64,000 bases of DNA from Patescibacteria group bacterium (GCA_038064575.1 JBBTST010000005.1:1382-65381); one strand, 5' to 3'. Shown: positions 36,570 through 45,455, numbered from the stretch's first letter. Program-made: numbers and translations. Notes: generated by a model not told the origin, from the letters alone.

Positions 36570-36690
36570 GAAAAATTAACAGCCGCGAAAAAAAATCCAC
36601 TGTAAAAAGTGGTGCATGGAACCTGAAAAGGGGCTACCCTATTGGGTTTCATGCTTCGCGGCTGTTACTACAAGGGTAGTCCCTTTTTGT
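36570..36690 (+). other. structured RNA-like element ending in a U-tract (candidate ncRNA / attenuator / intrinsic terminator)
   Basis: It is preceded by an extended -10 promoter, TGTTATAAT, at 36553-36561. An 11-bp outer stem pairs ACAGCCGCGAA with TTCGCGGCTGT. It encloses a CCACT/AGTGG hairpin and a 10-bp stem GCATGGAACC/GGTTTCATGC. A loop segment, GGGCTACCCT, is complementary to the downstream AGGGTAGTCCC, which is followed by TTTTTGTTTG. Confidence 0.35.
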
Positions 36691-36782
36691 TTGTGGTAAC
36701 AATTAGCGAACTCATGCAAAACCTTGCATATATACCTTTGTAGCGTCATCAATGTCGCAGTAATAATTTATAGGAGGTATAT

Positions 36783-37325
36783 ATGTATTTATACGAGGCT
36801 AAAAAATTTAATGTTAAGTACATTACAGGTATAGGAGCAGTCACTAAGCCTACAGATAGTTATTTGTTATCTATAGAAAGTGAAGGAATAAAACTTTGGC
36901 GTCTTCTATCACCAACAGTATTAATAAAATGGACAGATATTCAGAAAATTTCCTCAGAAACACAAAATGAAGCATCCAAGTCCTTATCAATGGGCAAAGC
37001 TGCAGTAGGTTTAGTATTACTGGGACCGCTCGGTGCCTTAATAGGAGCAGGAATGGGGTCTAAAAAGCCACTCTTTGTTTCTATTTCTTACAAAGACTCG
37101 TATGGAGAAATTTGCGAGTGCTTGGTGCAAACTAAACAAGCACATGAAATAGCTACGAAACTAAACAACGAGAGAAAAGAATATTATAGAAAAAACAATA
37201 TTCCACTAACAACTGAAACGGTTTCAAATTTAGATCAGCTTGAAAAGCTAGCAGAACTTAAAGATAAAGGTGTTATTTCTTCGGATGAGTTTGAGGCTAA
37301 GAAGAAACAATTACTAGACTTGTAA
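36783..37325 (+). CDS. SHOCT-domain protein
   Basis: 180 aa with a central hydrophobic Gly-rich segment and a C-terminal SHOCT motif (LEKLAELKDKGVISSDEFEAKKKQLL). Confidence 0.5.
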   Translation: MYLYEAKKFNVKYITGIGAVTKPTDSYLLSIESEGIKLWRLLSPTVLIKWTDIQKISSETQNEASKSLSMGKAAVGLVLLGPLGALIGAGMGSKKPLFVSISYKDSYGEICECLVQTKQAHEIATKLNNERKEYYRKNNIPLTTETVSNLDQLEKLAELKDKGVISSDEFEAKKKQLLDL

Positions 37326-38111
37326 ATTTCTAGCTAATCTTTCTGAGTCAGTGGTTTCTTTTTGTTTTATTTGAGCATAAATTTCCTGTTTTTTCTTTTC
37401 CCTGTCGGCAATGGCGATTTCATGCTCGATGATCCGATAACCTTGTAGAGCTTTTTTAAAAGCAGTTCTATCACTTTCTCTTTCTAACAAAAGTACTATG
37501 TATGCATTTAAAGATATATTTTCATCTAATGCGATATTCTTAAGAAAACTAGCTAACCCTTCCATATTTTCTGCTAAGTGCTCAAAATTTTTCACAGCAA
37601 CATTAATACCTGAAAGTAATGCAGTATTTAGACTATCTAATAACCTATTAATAGTTTCCGTATCTGTATTTATTCGCTCAATTGTTAACCAGTAGTCAGA
37701 CACTTCGTTTATTAGATTTATATCACCTAAATCTAGTTCTATGTCCTCAAGAATTTTAAGCTTTGGAAATCTATGAGCTGGCATTACTGGAGGATTCTGT
37801 CTTAGTTTCTGTACTGAACTTTCAAGAGAATATACAAGCCTACTGATGTTATCCTGCTGTTTTACAATTGTATATTCAACCCTTACCAAGGCATCATGAT
37901 GCCTTTTATATCTAGTCCGCCTTTTGTCTTGTTCACTGGAAAGTCTTTCAAACAAAAATGCAAAGAATGCTCCCGAAAAGCCTCCTAAAAAAGCAATCCA
38001 TGCTTCTCTGGAAAAGTTTTGATTAGTCTGATTAATAAGGGTTTCTAGATTAGATATTAGTTTATCCATATCTTGAATGTTTATTTGCTGTTGTGACTGA
38101 AACCAATGCAT
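37314..38111 (-). CDS. hypothetical protein with an N-terminal TM helix
   Basis: 265 aa, coiled-coil rich, with no domain recognised. Convergent with the SHOCT gene, overlapping by 12 nt. Confidence 0.35.
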   Translation of the reverse strand: MHWFQSQQQINIQDMDKLISNLETLINQTNQNFSREAWIAFLGGFSGAFFAFLFERLSSEQDKRRTRYKRHHDALVRVEYTIVKQQDNISRLVYSLESSVQKLRQNPPVMPAHRFPKLKILEDIELDLGDINLINEVSDYWLTIERINTDTETINRLLDSLNTALLSGINVAVKNFEHLAENMEGLASFLKNIALDENISLNAYIVLLLERESDRTAFKKALQGYRIIEHEIAIADREKKKQEIYAQIKQKETTDSERLARNLQV

Positions 38112-38171
38112 GCGAGGATTTTACCACTACCTATGGACTTTCTTAAGTTATTGCGTCATCCATTGGTATAG

Positions 38172-39467
38172 ATGACGCAGAATACAATCTCGCCAAAATA
38201 CTGTTTATACGCTCGTAAAAGCTCCGAATCGGACGAGAGGCAAGCCATGTCAATCGATTCACAAATCAAGGAAATGACGGCACTAGCCGAAAAAGAAGGT
38301 ATAGAAATAGTAGATATAAAGCAGGAAAGCCATTCGGCAAAGATTTCAGGTTCCAGACCACTATTTCTAGAAATGATAAAGGAGCTAAACTACGGAAAGT
38401 ACAATGCTATTCTAACCTGGGCACCTGATAGGTTAAGCAGAAACGCTGGGGATTTAGGCTCACTAGTAGACCTTATGGACAGGGTTAAGCTCTTACATAT
38501 AAGGACTATATCTCAATCTTTTTCAAACAATCCAAACGAAAAGTTTCTACTGATGATTCTCTGCTCACAAGCAAAGCTTGAAAATGACAACAGAGGTTTA
38601 AATGTCAAAAGAGGTATAAGAACAAAATGTGAGATGGGCTGGCGACCCTGCCCTGCTCCTATTGGTTATATCAACTATTCTCATGGCGGAACTAAAAAGG
38701 TAATGGTAAACAAAGAGGTAGCCCCATTAGTAAAAGAACTTTTCGATTTAGTAGCTACGAAAAAGTACAGCGGTAGGGACATAAAAAAGTATCTGGATAA
38801 AGATGGAAGATTAAACAAAGCTACTGGAAAGAAAATACCATTAAGCATGATTTACAGAATGCTAAAAACACCTTTCTACTACGGTGAGTTCCAATATCCA
38901 GAAGGTGATGGCCCTTGGTATAAAGGTGCTCACGAACCAATTATTCCAAAATGGCTCTTTGATAAAGTCCAACAAAAGCTGGTAGTACCTAGAAAGTCTA
39001 AGTGGGGCGCTAAAGACTTTTTATTTAAGAATGTTTTCAGGTGCGCTTACTGCGGAGCAACCATAGTAGGAGAAGAAAAATTCAAGATGCTTAAAGTAGG
39101 CCAGAAACGAACTTATATTTACTATCACTGCACAAAACAAGTAGATGCAGAGTGTCCCGAAATGTATGTAGCAGAAAACATACTAATTGGATCCTTGATT
39201 AGCTACATACAGCTTATTGAAGTAAAAAAGCCAGACACATTACAACTAACAAATGAAGTAAAAAAGAGCATGAGGAAGTTTTCAGGTCTAAGAGCGCATT
39301 TACTAACTGAACAAAATGTAACGTTACCTGCAGAGTTAACATTTACTGAATACCTAAAATACATTATTTACAACGGAACGGATACTGAGAAACACGAAGT
39401 AATTGAATCACTTCCAAAACCACTATATATACATAATGGCACTATTTATTCACATCCTTTAGGATAA
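38172..39467 (+). CDS. large serine recombinase (resolvase/integrase family)
   Basis: 431 aa. The N-terminal resolvase catalytic domain has the nucleophile serine context YARKSSESDE...SIDSQ. A recombinase domain and a C-terminal zinc ribbon (CAYCG...YYHCTKQ) follow, as in large serine recombinases. Confidence 0.8.
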   Translation: MTQNTISPKYCLYARKSSESDERQAMSIDSQIKEMTALAEKEGIEIVDIKQESHSAKISGSRPLFLEMIKELNYGKYNAILTWAPDRLSRNAGDLGSLVDLMDRVKLLHIRTISQSFSNNPNEKFLLMILCSQAKLENDNRGLNVKRGIRTKCEMGWRPCPAPIGYINYSHGGTKKVMVNKEVAPLVKELFDLVATKKYSGRDIKKYLDKDGRLNKATGKKIPLSMIYRMLKTPFYYGEFQYPEGDGPWYKGAHEPIIPKWLFDKVQQKLVVPRKSKWGAKDFLFKNVFRCAYCGATIVGEEKFKMLKVGQKRTYIYYHCTKQVDAECPEMYVAENILIGSLISYIQLIEVKKPDTLQLTNEVKKSMRKFSGLRAHLLTEQNVTLPAELTFTEYLKYIIYNGTDTEKHEVIESLPKPLYIHNGTIYSHPLG

Positions 39468-39484
39468 AAAGTTATACTGTTAGC

Positions 39485-39952
39485 ATGGAATATAAATTAA
39501 CCCCAGAGATAATTACGTTGCACAGATATTTTATTTGGGCGGACAGAATGCGTGTGCATTTTGATGAAGTTTTAAGTAATAATAAAAATACAACAACTAT
39601 AGAAACTGAAGAATTTATAGAGAAGAAAAAAGGTATTGATACATTCTTATACATGTCCTTATGGTACGGAACATTTTATGTACTTATTGAGGGTTGGATT
39701 GAACTAGGATTGTCTGACCCAGAAATAGATACATTTTTAAAATCTCCAAACGTTAATTTACTAAGACGTTATAGGAATGGAGCATTTCATTTTCAAAAAG
39801 ATTATTTCGACAAACACTTCACAGAATTGATGACTGAAGGTGAAGACTTTGCAAATTGGTCACGAGACCTACGAGATCACATTAGTAGATGGTTTTTAGA
39901 CATTCATAGGCAATCGAAAGAGGAACAGGGACTCGAACCGTCAAGCACATGA
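39485..39952 (+). CDS. hypothetical protein (155 aa)
   Basis: ORF immediately downstream of the recombinase. No domain recognised. Confidence 0.3.
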   Translation: MEYKLTPEIITLHRYFIWADRMRVHFDEVLSNNKNTTTIETEEFIEKKKGIDTFLYMSLWYGTFYVLIEGWIELGLSDPEIDTFLKSPNVNLLRRYRNGAFHFQKDYFDKHFTELMTEGEDFANWSRDLRDHISRWFLDIHRQSKEEQGLEPSST

Positions 39953-40054
39953 GTTTATCAAGCAACAAAAGGCAAAAGTACGTTTCGGAAGATTTTGAAA
40001 ATTGTGGATAATATCAAGCCTTAACAAGCTATTCTAGGCTCTGTGATCGCGTTT

Positions 40055-40128
40055 ATGCAGTTCTTGGCTGGGGAGCAGGGATTCGAACCCCAATAGGCAG
40101 CTCCAAAAGCTGCTGTCCTACCATTAGA
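40055..40128 (-). tRNA. tRNA-Gln (anticodon UUG)
   Basis: Hand-folded. A U1-A72 acceptor (TGGGGAG/CTCCCCA) with discriminator G and encoded CCA, as in bacterial tRNA-Gln. The anticodon stem is GCAGC/GCTGC with loop TTTTGGA. T-arm is GGGGTTCGAATCCC. Confidence 0.85.
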
Positions 40129-40276
40129 CGACTCCCCATCATTTCAAAACACCTTCAAATACCAAGAAGATTATATCATTTAGATGTAACTACTAATTAA
40201 TATAGGAAAACTAGCATTTTCTTCTGGTATCTATTCTAACAATTATATAGTCCGCAAACTTTGCTATAATTTTCTT

Positions 40277-40669
40277 GTGCTCACACAATACAAAATCTTT
40301 ATTTATAGCTCAAACCCTGACAAGTTGGTAAAATTTTACACAGAAGTTTTGGGTTGCCGAATTGTTAAAAAGCTCGAATATGAACTTGATTATGGCTATA
40401 CTCTTGAACTTTCACCAGGTGGTATGCAAATCTGGTTAGCCAAACACTCTAAGATTAAAGGTAAAAATAAAGACCCTTTTAGATACATACTGAATATTTA
40501 CACAGATAACATTAACTTTTATTTGAAAAAGGCAAGAAGCTATTTGGGAGTTACAGTTGTGGCAGAGCCTTTCCCCATGGGACCCATCATCCCAGGTGAA
40601 ACAAGGTGGGTATGCACACTATTGGATCCTGAAAACAATTGTATTCAACTAATGGGTAAACTTGAGTAA
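40277..40669 (+). CDS. VOC (glyoxalase/bleomycin-resistance/dioxygenase) family protein
   Basis: 130 aa with a single paired beta-alpha-beta-beta-beta module pattern. Sits between tRNA-Gln and tRNA-Val. Confidence 0.5.
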   Translation: MLTQYKIFIYSSNPDKLVKFYTEVLGCRIVKKLEYELDYGYTLELSPGGMQIWLAKHSKIKGKNKDPFRYILNIYTDNINFYLKKARSYLGVTVVAEPFPMGPIIPGETRWVCTLLDPENNCIQLMGKLE

Positions 40670-40685
40670 TAATTATAACCCTATA

Positions 40686-40762
40686 TGGTGGGCCAGCATG
40701 GGCTCGAACCATGGACCTTCGCGATGTAAACGCGACGCTCTAACCAACTGAGCTACTAGCCC
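40686..40762 (-). tRNA. tRNA-Val (anticodon UAC)
   Basis: Acceptor GGGCTAG/CTGGCCC with one G-U pair, D-arm GCTCAGTTGGTTAGAGC, anticodon stem TCGCG/CGCGA with loop TTTACAT, T-arm GGTTCGAGCCC, and an encoded CCA. Confidence 0.85.
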
Positions 40763-40808
40763 TCACCAATTAAGAGCAATTATAACCAAATTATTAACTT
40801 TTGAAAGT

Positions 40809-41186
40809 TCAAATCATCTCCCAAATTCCAACAACCATTCCCTCCGTATCTGTAACTCTTGCGTAATAACCCATATCTCCTACCTTCATTTTAGGCATCA
40901 GTTCTTTACCACCCGCTTTAACCACTTTTTTCAGATAATCATCAACAGACGGCACGTTTATAACCAAAACTGGATTCATTCCGCCATTGTCCTTTTCGAC
41001 CATCATTCCCCCATTTATTGCCCCTGCTTCCTTAGGCATTTGATTTTCGTCAACCTCAACCGTATGAACAATCGTGTAATTCATCTCCGGCATATCCTGA
41101 AATTTCCACCCAAAGACGCTTTCATAAAATTTTTTACTCCTTTGCTTGTCCTTTGCAGGGATTTCAAAATGTACTACTGAATTCAT
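40809..41186 (-). CDS. VOC (glyoxalase/bleomycin-resistance) family protein
   Basis: 125 aa with VOC-type N-terminal (VHFEIP..D...FY) and C-terminal halves. Confidence 0.55.
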   Translation of the reverse strand: MNSVVHFEIPAKDKQRSKKFYESVFGWKFQDMPEMNYTIVHTVEVDENQMPKEAGAINGGMMVEKDNGGMNPVLVINVPSVDDYLKKVVKAGGKELMPKMKVGDMGYYARVTDTEGMVVGIWEMI

Positions 41187-41264
41187 ATAGATACCTTTAA
41201 ATATATACTCACACTAGAATAGTGAATTCTTTACCAAAAGTCCATCCTAAACTTTACTTTCAAC

Positions 41265-41294
41265 TGGTGGTCTATTGTGAATGAAATTGCGAAC
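41265..41294 (+). repeat. 30-nt junction repeat TGGTGGTCTATTGTGAATGAA(A/G)TTGCGAAC, copy 1
   Basis: A second copy lies at 42619-42648. Both begin with TGGTGG (CCACCA on the minus strand), the same hexamer that ends tRNA-Phe. Confidence 0.6.
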
Positions 41295-41301
41295 CTTTTC
41301 A

Positions 41302-42525
41302 TTAAGAATCAAATGAATACGCAATTTTGTTAAACTTCTTATTTAGGTTCAACACTGTTGTTCTAACGTCCAGACCTTTCAGAGCCTGATCCACTACTTT
41401 AGCTAGCTCATTAGCATCTGTTTCTTTAAATCCCCTTCTAGTCAATTCTTGTGTTCCAATTCGTATAAATAATCTACCACCCAAAGGAGAATCAAAATTA
41501 GTAGAAATATTATTTTTTACCAATCGAGTGTATAGCTCAATACTCTCTCCCATATTATCTATAAACACATGGAACTGATGGTTATTTGAGTATTCACCGT
41601 TGTTTGCCTTTCTTACCTCATAACCTAATTCGGTAAATTTACTCGCCATGCTTCTTGAATTGCTAACAATTTGTTTTGCGTAATCTTGCCCAAACTCTTT
41701 CATTTCCAAAATTGTTATTGCTAGAGAAATTAAATGTGGCATATGTGGTGTTGAATATAAACAACCGTCTATAATGGCATTTCCTTTATCTGCTAATGCT
41801 TTATCTCTAAAGGCAATCATCCCTTTATGAGGTCCTGGTAGTGTTTTATGTGTATTTGCACATATAACATTCGCACCTTCAAGTAATGGGGCTTGAAATT
41901 GCTGACCCATTATTAAACCCATGGTGTGGCTTGCATCATAAATTATTATTACTTCATTCCCAATAGCCTCACGTAATTCTTTTAAATTGTGTGGATTAAG
42001 ATAATAAGAAACATCTAAATATATAGCTTTGGCATCTAGCTTTTTTACTAATTCTGAGGTCTTTTCTACATCAAATCTCAAATTTTTTAAATCATAGACC
42101 ACATAATCATGTTTTCTACCTACTCTTTCTAGTATACGTGCTGTTGCAAAATGCCCGCCGGCGTCTTTAGGCACAGTTAACACCATTTCGCCTGGGTTTG
42201 TGACTGACAAAATTGCAGACATCATTGCATGAACACCAGACAAAACATTCAAATTTACTGCATCTGCTGATAGCATTTCTTTAGCTGCCTCTGTTGCAAG
42301 GTGTATTAACTCCTCGACACTTTTAAATCCCAGTCCTAAGAAGTCTCCCATAGCAACTACTGCATTGGCATCTCCTCCACCAAAGTAATATCTATTTGAA
42401 ATACTGGAAGCTAGGAACATACGCGCTGTATTAGATATTCTATTTTCGTTTGCAGTTAAATGGATAAAGGAATCATTTCTGGCTACTTCGTTTGATATAC
42501 CATCTAAAACATGCTTAATTTTCAT
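41302..42525 (-). CDS. divergent serine hydroxymethyltransferase-like PLP-dependent enzyme
   Basis: 407 aa. THKTLPGPHKGMIAF matches the SHMT PLP-lysine motif T(T)HKTLRGPRGG. N-terminal LTANENRIS...SNRYYFGG parallels SHMT IASENFTS...RYYGG. The rest is divergent. Confidence 0.5.
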   Translation of the reverse strand: MKIKHVLDGISNEVARNDSFIHLTANENRISNTARMFLASSISNRYYFGGGDANAVVAMGDFLGLGFKSVEELIHLATEAAKEMLSADAVNLNVLSGVHAMMSAILSVTNPGEMVLTVPKDAGGHFATARILERVGRKHDYVVYDLKNLRFDVEKTSELVKKLDAKAIYLDVSYYLNPHNLKELREAIGNEVIIIYDASHTMGLIMGQQFQAPLLEGANVICANTHKTLPGPHKGMIAFRDKALADKGNAIIDGCLYSTPHMPHLISLAITILEMKEFGQDYAKQIVSNSRSMASKFTELGYEVRKANNGEYSNNHQFHVFIDNMGESIELYTRLVKNNISTNFDSPLGGRLFIRIGTQELTRRGFKETDANELAKVVDQALKGLDVRTTVLNLNKKFNKIAYSFDS

Positions 42526-42544
42526 AACTAAAGTATTTTAACAC

Positions 42545-42609
42545 TAAAAAGTTCGACTTCCCACTCTCTATCAAGGCAGAAACTACAGGATTATATTGTT
42601 AGGACAAAG
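42545..42609 (+). repeat. 65-nt leader repeat, copy 1 (identical copy at 43471-43535)
   Basis: Exact 65-nt identity. Each copy lies immediately 5', in gene orientation, of a minus-strand cassette gene. It is followed by 3 variable nt and then ATTTGATGGTGG. Confidence 0.7.
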
Positions 42610-42618
42610 CGTATTTGA

Positions 42619-42648
42619 TGGTGGTCTATTGTGAATGAAGTTGCGAAC
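42619..42648 (+). repeat. 30-nt junction repeat, copy 2
   Basis: See the copy at 41265-41294. One mismatch (A/G). Confidence 0.6.
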
Positions 42649-43445
42649 TATTTCAGTTCTTTAACAGACTCCCACATTGAAAGCAATTTAGATACGCTAT
42701 TTTCGTAAGCATTGTTTTCCAATTTAAACTCCTCATTCAATTTCAGCTTCTCCGCTTCTGTGATATGAAGCCATTCTTCGTATCTTTCTATTCGTGAAGC
42801 ATGTCGCTCTGTATTTTTGAGAATATTTCTTTTAGATTCTATTGGGCAATTTGGATCCTCATATAAAAGTCTTTTTGTTTTCATCATGTTTTGCAAATCA
42901 AATATCATCAATCTTTGTTTGTTATCTCCCTCATTTACTACCGCTATATTATCTGGGTGAAAATCATCAAATACACCCATCTCTACTAGTGCTTTTTTAG
43001 AACCCCATATTAACCGCACCATCTGTGCCCTCAGTTCAGGGTTTTGTTCAAAATATTTATCAAATCTATTATCGTATTTCTCTTTGGAATCTTGCGATTC
43101 AATAACCTTTTCTAAAGTATCACCTTTAAATCTTTTTTGAATTGTAAAATATACCTTATTACCTTCTTTATCATTTCCTAACACCCAATGAGTAGGAATA
43201 AAATTATCTCCAAATATTAATTCAGATTGTAAAAATTGTTGAGTCGCTTGTAGTTCCTTAATATTTGTTTCCGATTGGCTCATTTCATAGGCTTTTTCGT
43301 GTTTTGTAGTCCCATCCGGTTTCAATGGGTTGAATTCCTTTATAACCCACTCTGGACCCAACTCTTTTACTATTGATTCAAAACCTCTACCAAGTTCTTG
43401 ACCAGGTGTTTGTTCAAATGGAAAATTCTCAATATTATGACTCAT
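42648..43445 (-). CDS. protein-kinase-like (APH/choline-kinase-like) fold protein
   Basis: 265 aa. It has a Gly-rich loop LGRGFESIV, a Lys in WVIKEF, a catalytic-loop-like FHPDNIAV and a DFG-equivalent IFDLQ. Confidence 0.45.
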   Translation of the reverse strand: MSHNIENFPFEQTPGQELGRGFESIVKELGPEWVIKEFNPLKPDGTTKHEKAYEMSQSETNIKELQATQQFLQSELIFGDNFIPTHWVLGNDKEGNKVYFTIQKRFKGDTLEKVIESQDSKEKYDNRFDKYFEQNPELRAQMVRLIWGSKKALVEMGVFDDFHPDNIAVVNEGDNKQRLMIFDLQNMMKTKRLLYEDPNCPIESKRNILKNTERHASRIERYEEWLHITEAEKLKLNEEFKLENNAYENSVSKLLSMWESVKELK

Positions 43446-43470
43446 ATAAATATTTTACATCTTTTAAAAT

Positions 43471-43535
43471 TAAAAAGTTCGACTTCCCACTCTCTATCAA
43501 GGCAGAAACTACAGGATTATATTGTTAGGACAAAG
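43471..43535 (+). repeat. 65-nt leader repeat, copy 2
   Basis: Identical to 42545-42609. It abuts ATTTGATGGTGG, which runs directly into the 3' end of tRNA-Phe. Confidence 0.7.
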
Positions 43536-43544
43536 AGGATTTGA

Positions 43545-43620
43545 TGGTGGGAAGGGCGAGAATCGAACTCGCATAGCCGGTTTTTCAGACCGGTGCAATG
43601 ACCAACTTTGCTACCTTCCC
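43545..43620 (-). tRNA. tRNA-Phe (anticodon GAA)
   Basis: Acceptor GGGAAGG/CCTTCCC, anticodon stem CCGGT/ACCGG with loop CTGAAAA, T-arm GAGTTCGATTCTC, discriminator A, and an encoded CCA. Confidence 0.85.
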
Positions 43621-43674
43621 ATTTAATCAAATGGGGTTTAGGCAATAACAGCGCCTGTTTTACCCACACAATCT

Positions 43675-44754
43675 TTAGGATTCTATCAGATTTGCTTTTT
43701 CTAAGAAAGAAGTTGAAGGCTGTTTTACACTTTCATACTCTTCTACAGCACTATCAATAATAAGTTGCACAAAAAGCTCATAACTAAGCCCCGCAGCTGC
43801 AAGTTTAGAGGCCATAACACTCTTATCAAGTCCCGGATTAACATTTACTTCTATAACATAAGGCACATTATCTTTTGACAGTCTTAAATCTAGTCTAAAA
43901 TACCCGGTGATATCAAAGGTTTTTTGTGTTTTATACACTATATCCTGTATTCCCCCAAGTACAGAATCAGTTAATTCCGCAGGACAAGCTTCATCACAAT
44001 AGCTATTAGGTCCCCATTTGTGCTCAAAGTCACAAATATTCCATTTTCTGTTAGCATCAGGTATAAAAAGCCCTTCCAGAACAGGTAATATAACCAGATC
44101 TCTCCCTTTTTTGACAGTAAAAACTTCCAATTCTCTTCCCTCTATATATTCTTCTGCCAATGTTGCATCTTTATATTCTTCCTTAATTATATTTATTCTA
44201 TCTTTCAACTCATTAAAGTTCTTAACCACAGATTCTTGAGTAATACCAATACTGGAGTCAGCACTGTTTGGTTTTGTGATTAGAGGATACCTAAGACTGT
44301 ACTTCAAATAATCCTCACTGCTAATGAAGAGTTGATAGTTTGGTGTGGGGATTTTGTATTTAACCAGATAATCTTTGGTTCTTGCCTTATCTATTGTAAT
44401 AGCACCGGAAAATGAAGAAGAGCCGGTCATAGGTATACCAAGCGCTTCAATAAAAGTTGTGATGGAACAAAACGAATTAGGCAGGTCATCAAACCCCTCC
44501 AACAAGTTAAAAATAAGATCAGCTTTTAAGTTTGGCAATATATTTAGAGTTTTTCTTGTAACATTGACTAGATCTGCTTCATAACCAAGCTTCAATAAAC
44601 ACTCATACACATCTTTAGCGCATTGAAAGTTATCATCGTCCGCAAGTTTATCTAAAGGATTCCCTTTCTTTACTTCATTAATAGAGTTATATAAAACTGC
44701 AATTTTTTTTATTAAGGCAGGCATAATTATTATACTAAAAATGATAACGCACAT
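43675..44754 (-). CDS. ATP-grasp ligase of the D-Ala-D-Ala ligase (Ddl) family, third paralogue
   Basis: 359 aa with a Ddl-like N-terminal KIAVLYNS...LIFNLLEG and a central ATP-grasp region. Confidence 0.6.
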   Translation of the reverse strand: MCVIIFSIIIMPALIKKIAVLYNSINEVKKGNPLDKLADDDNFQCAKDVYECLLKLGYEADLVNVTRKTLNILPNLKADLIFNLLEGFDDLPNSFCSITTFIEALGIPMTGSSSFSGAITIDKARTKDYLVKYKIPTPNYQLFISSEDYLKYSLRYPLITKPNSADSSIGITQESVVKNFNELKDRINIIKEEYKDATLAEEYIEGRELEVFTVKKGRDLVILPVLEGLFIPDANRKWNICDFEHKWGPNSYCDEACPAELTDSVLGGIQDIVYKTQKTFDITGYFRLDLRLSKDNVPYVIEVNVNPGLDKSVMASKLAAAGLSYELFVQLIIDSAVEEYESVKQPSTSFLEKANLIES

Positions 44755-44813
44755 TTATAACTAAATGCAACGTTTATCTTTTGAATTATATGTTTTAAAA
44801 TTGGTATACACTT

Positions 44814-45455
44814 ATGAAAAGTTTAAAAATAAATATTGATCTTTTTATCATGGCAATCACAATCTTTTGCATAATTCTCTATTTCTTTAGGGTTGTCATA
44901 GCTCAAAATTTTAACTATCACTTCTTAATTTGGAATTTAACCTTGGCGCTTATTCCCTACAAAGCTTCACAATACATAAAGTCAAAAGACACCGTTTTCT
45001 TTACACTCAGCTTTATAGTTTGGCTTGCCTTCTTTCCAAACGCTCCTTATCTTGTAACAGATGTTATTCATGCAGGTCTTCTTATGGACACTGTTCCAAT
45101 ATTTTATAACTACTTTATGTTGGTAAGTTATGCCTTATTGGGTCTTTTACTCTGTTTCCGCTCTATGGAACTCACTTTTAATACACTAAAGCATAAATTC
45201 ATTTTTGTTACAGCCATAAAATTTTATTTCTTTACTTATTTATTTTCCGCAATTGCTATCTTTATTGGCAGATTTATGAGGTGGAATAGTTGGGATCTTC
45301 TATTTAACTTAAGTTTTATTTACAAAGACTTTATAAATATCTTTGCTGATTCGTACCTTTTGCTTTTCTTACTCTTATCAATATCCTCAAGTATGCTCTT
45401 TTTTTATTTTTGTCAGCTTTTATACACTAAAATTACTTCCAGATATCTGAATTGA
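44814..45455 (+). CDS. polytopic membrane protein, hypothetical
   Basis: 213 aa with about six hydrophobic helices. Confidence 0.45.
   Translation: MKSLKINIDLFIMAITIFCIILYFFRVVIAQNFNYHFLIWNLTLALIPYKASQYIKSKDTVFFTLSFIVWLAFFPNAPYLVTDVIHAGLLMDTVPIFYNYFMLVSYALLGLLLCFRSMELTFNTLKHKFIFVTAIKFYFFTYLFSAIAIFIGRFMRWNSWDLLFNLSFIYKDFINIFADSYLLLFLLLSISSSMLFFYFCQLLYTKITSRYLN

Noticed and set aside
39953-40054. Direct-repeat att sites for the serine recombinase next to tRNA-Gln
   Set aside because: Large serine recombinases use short imperfect inverted-repeat att sites with a 2-nt crossover and do not generate long direct repeats. I could not identify such sites confidently without comparison to an empty site.
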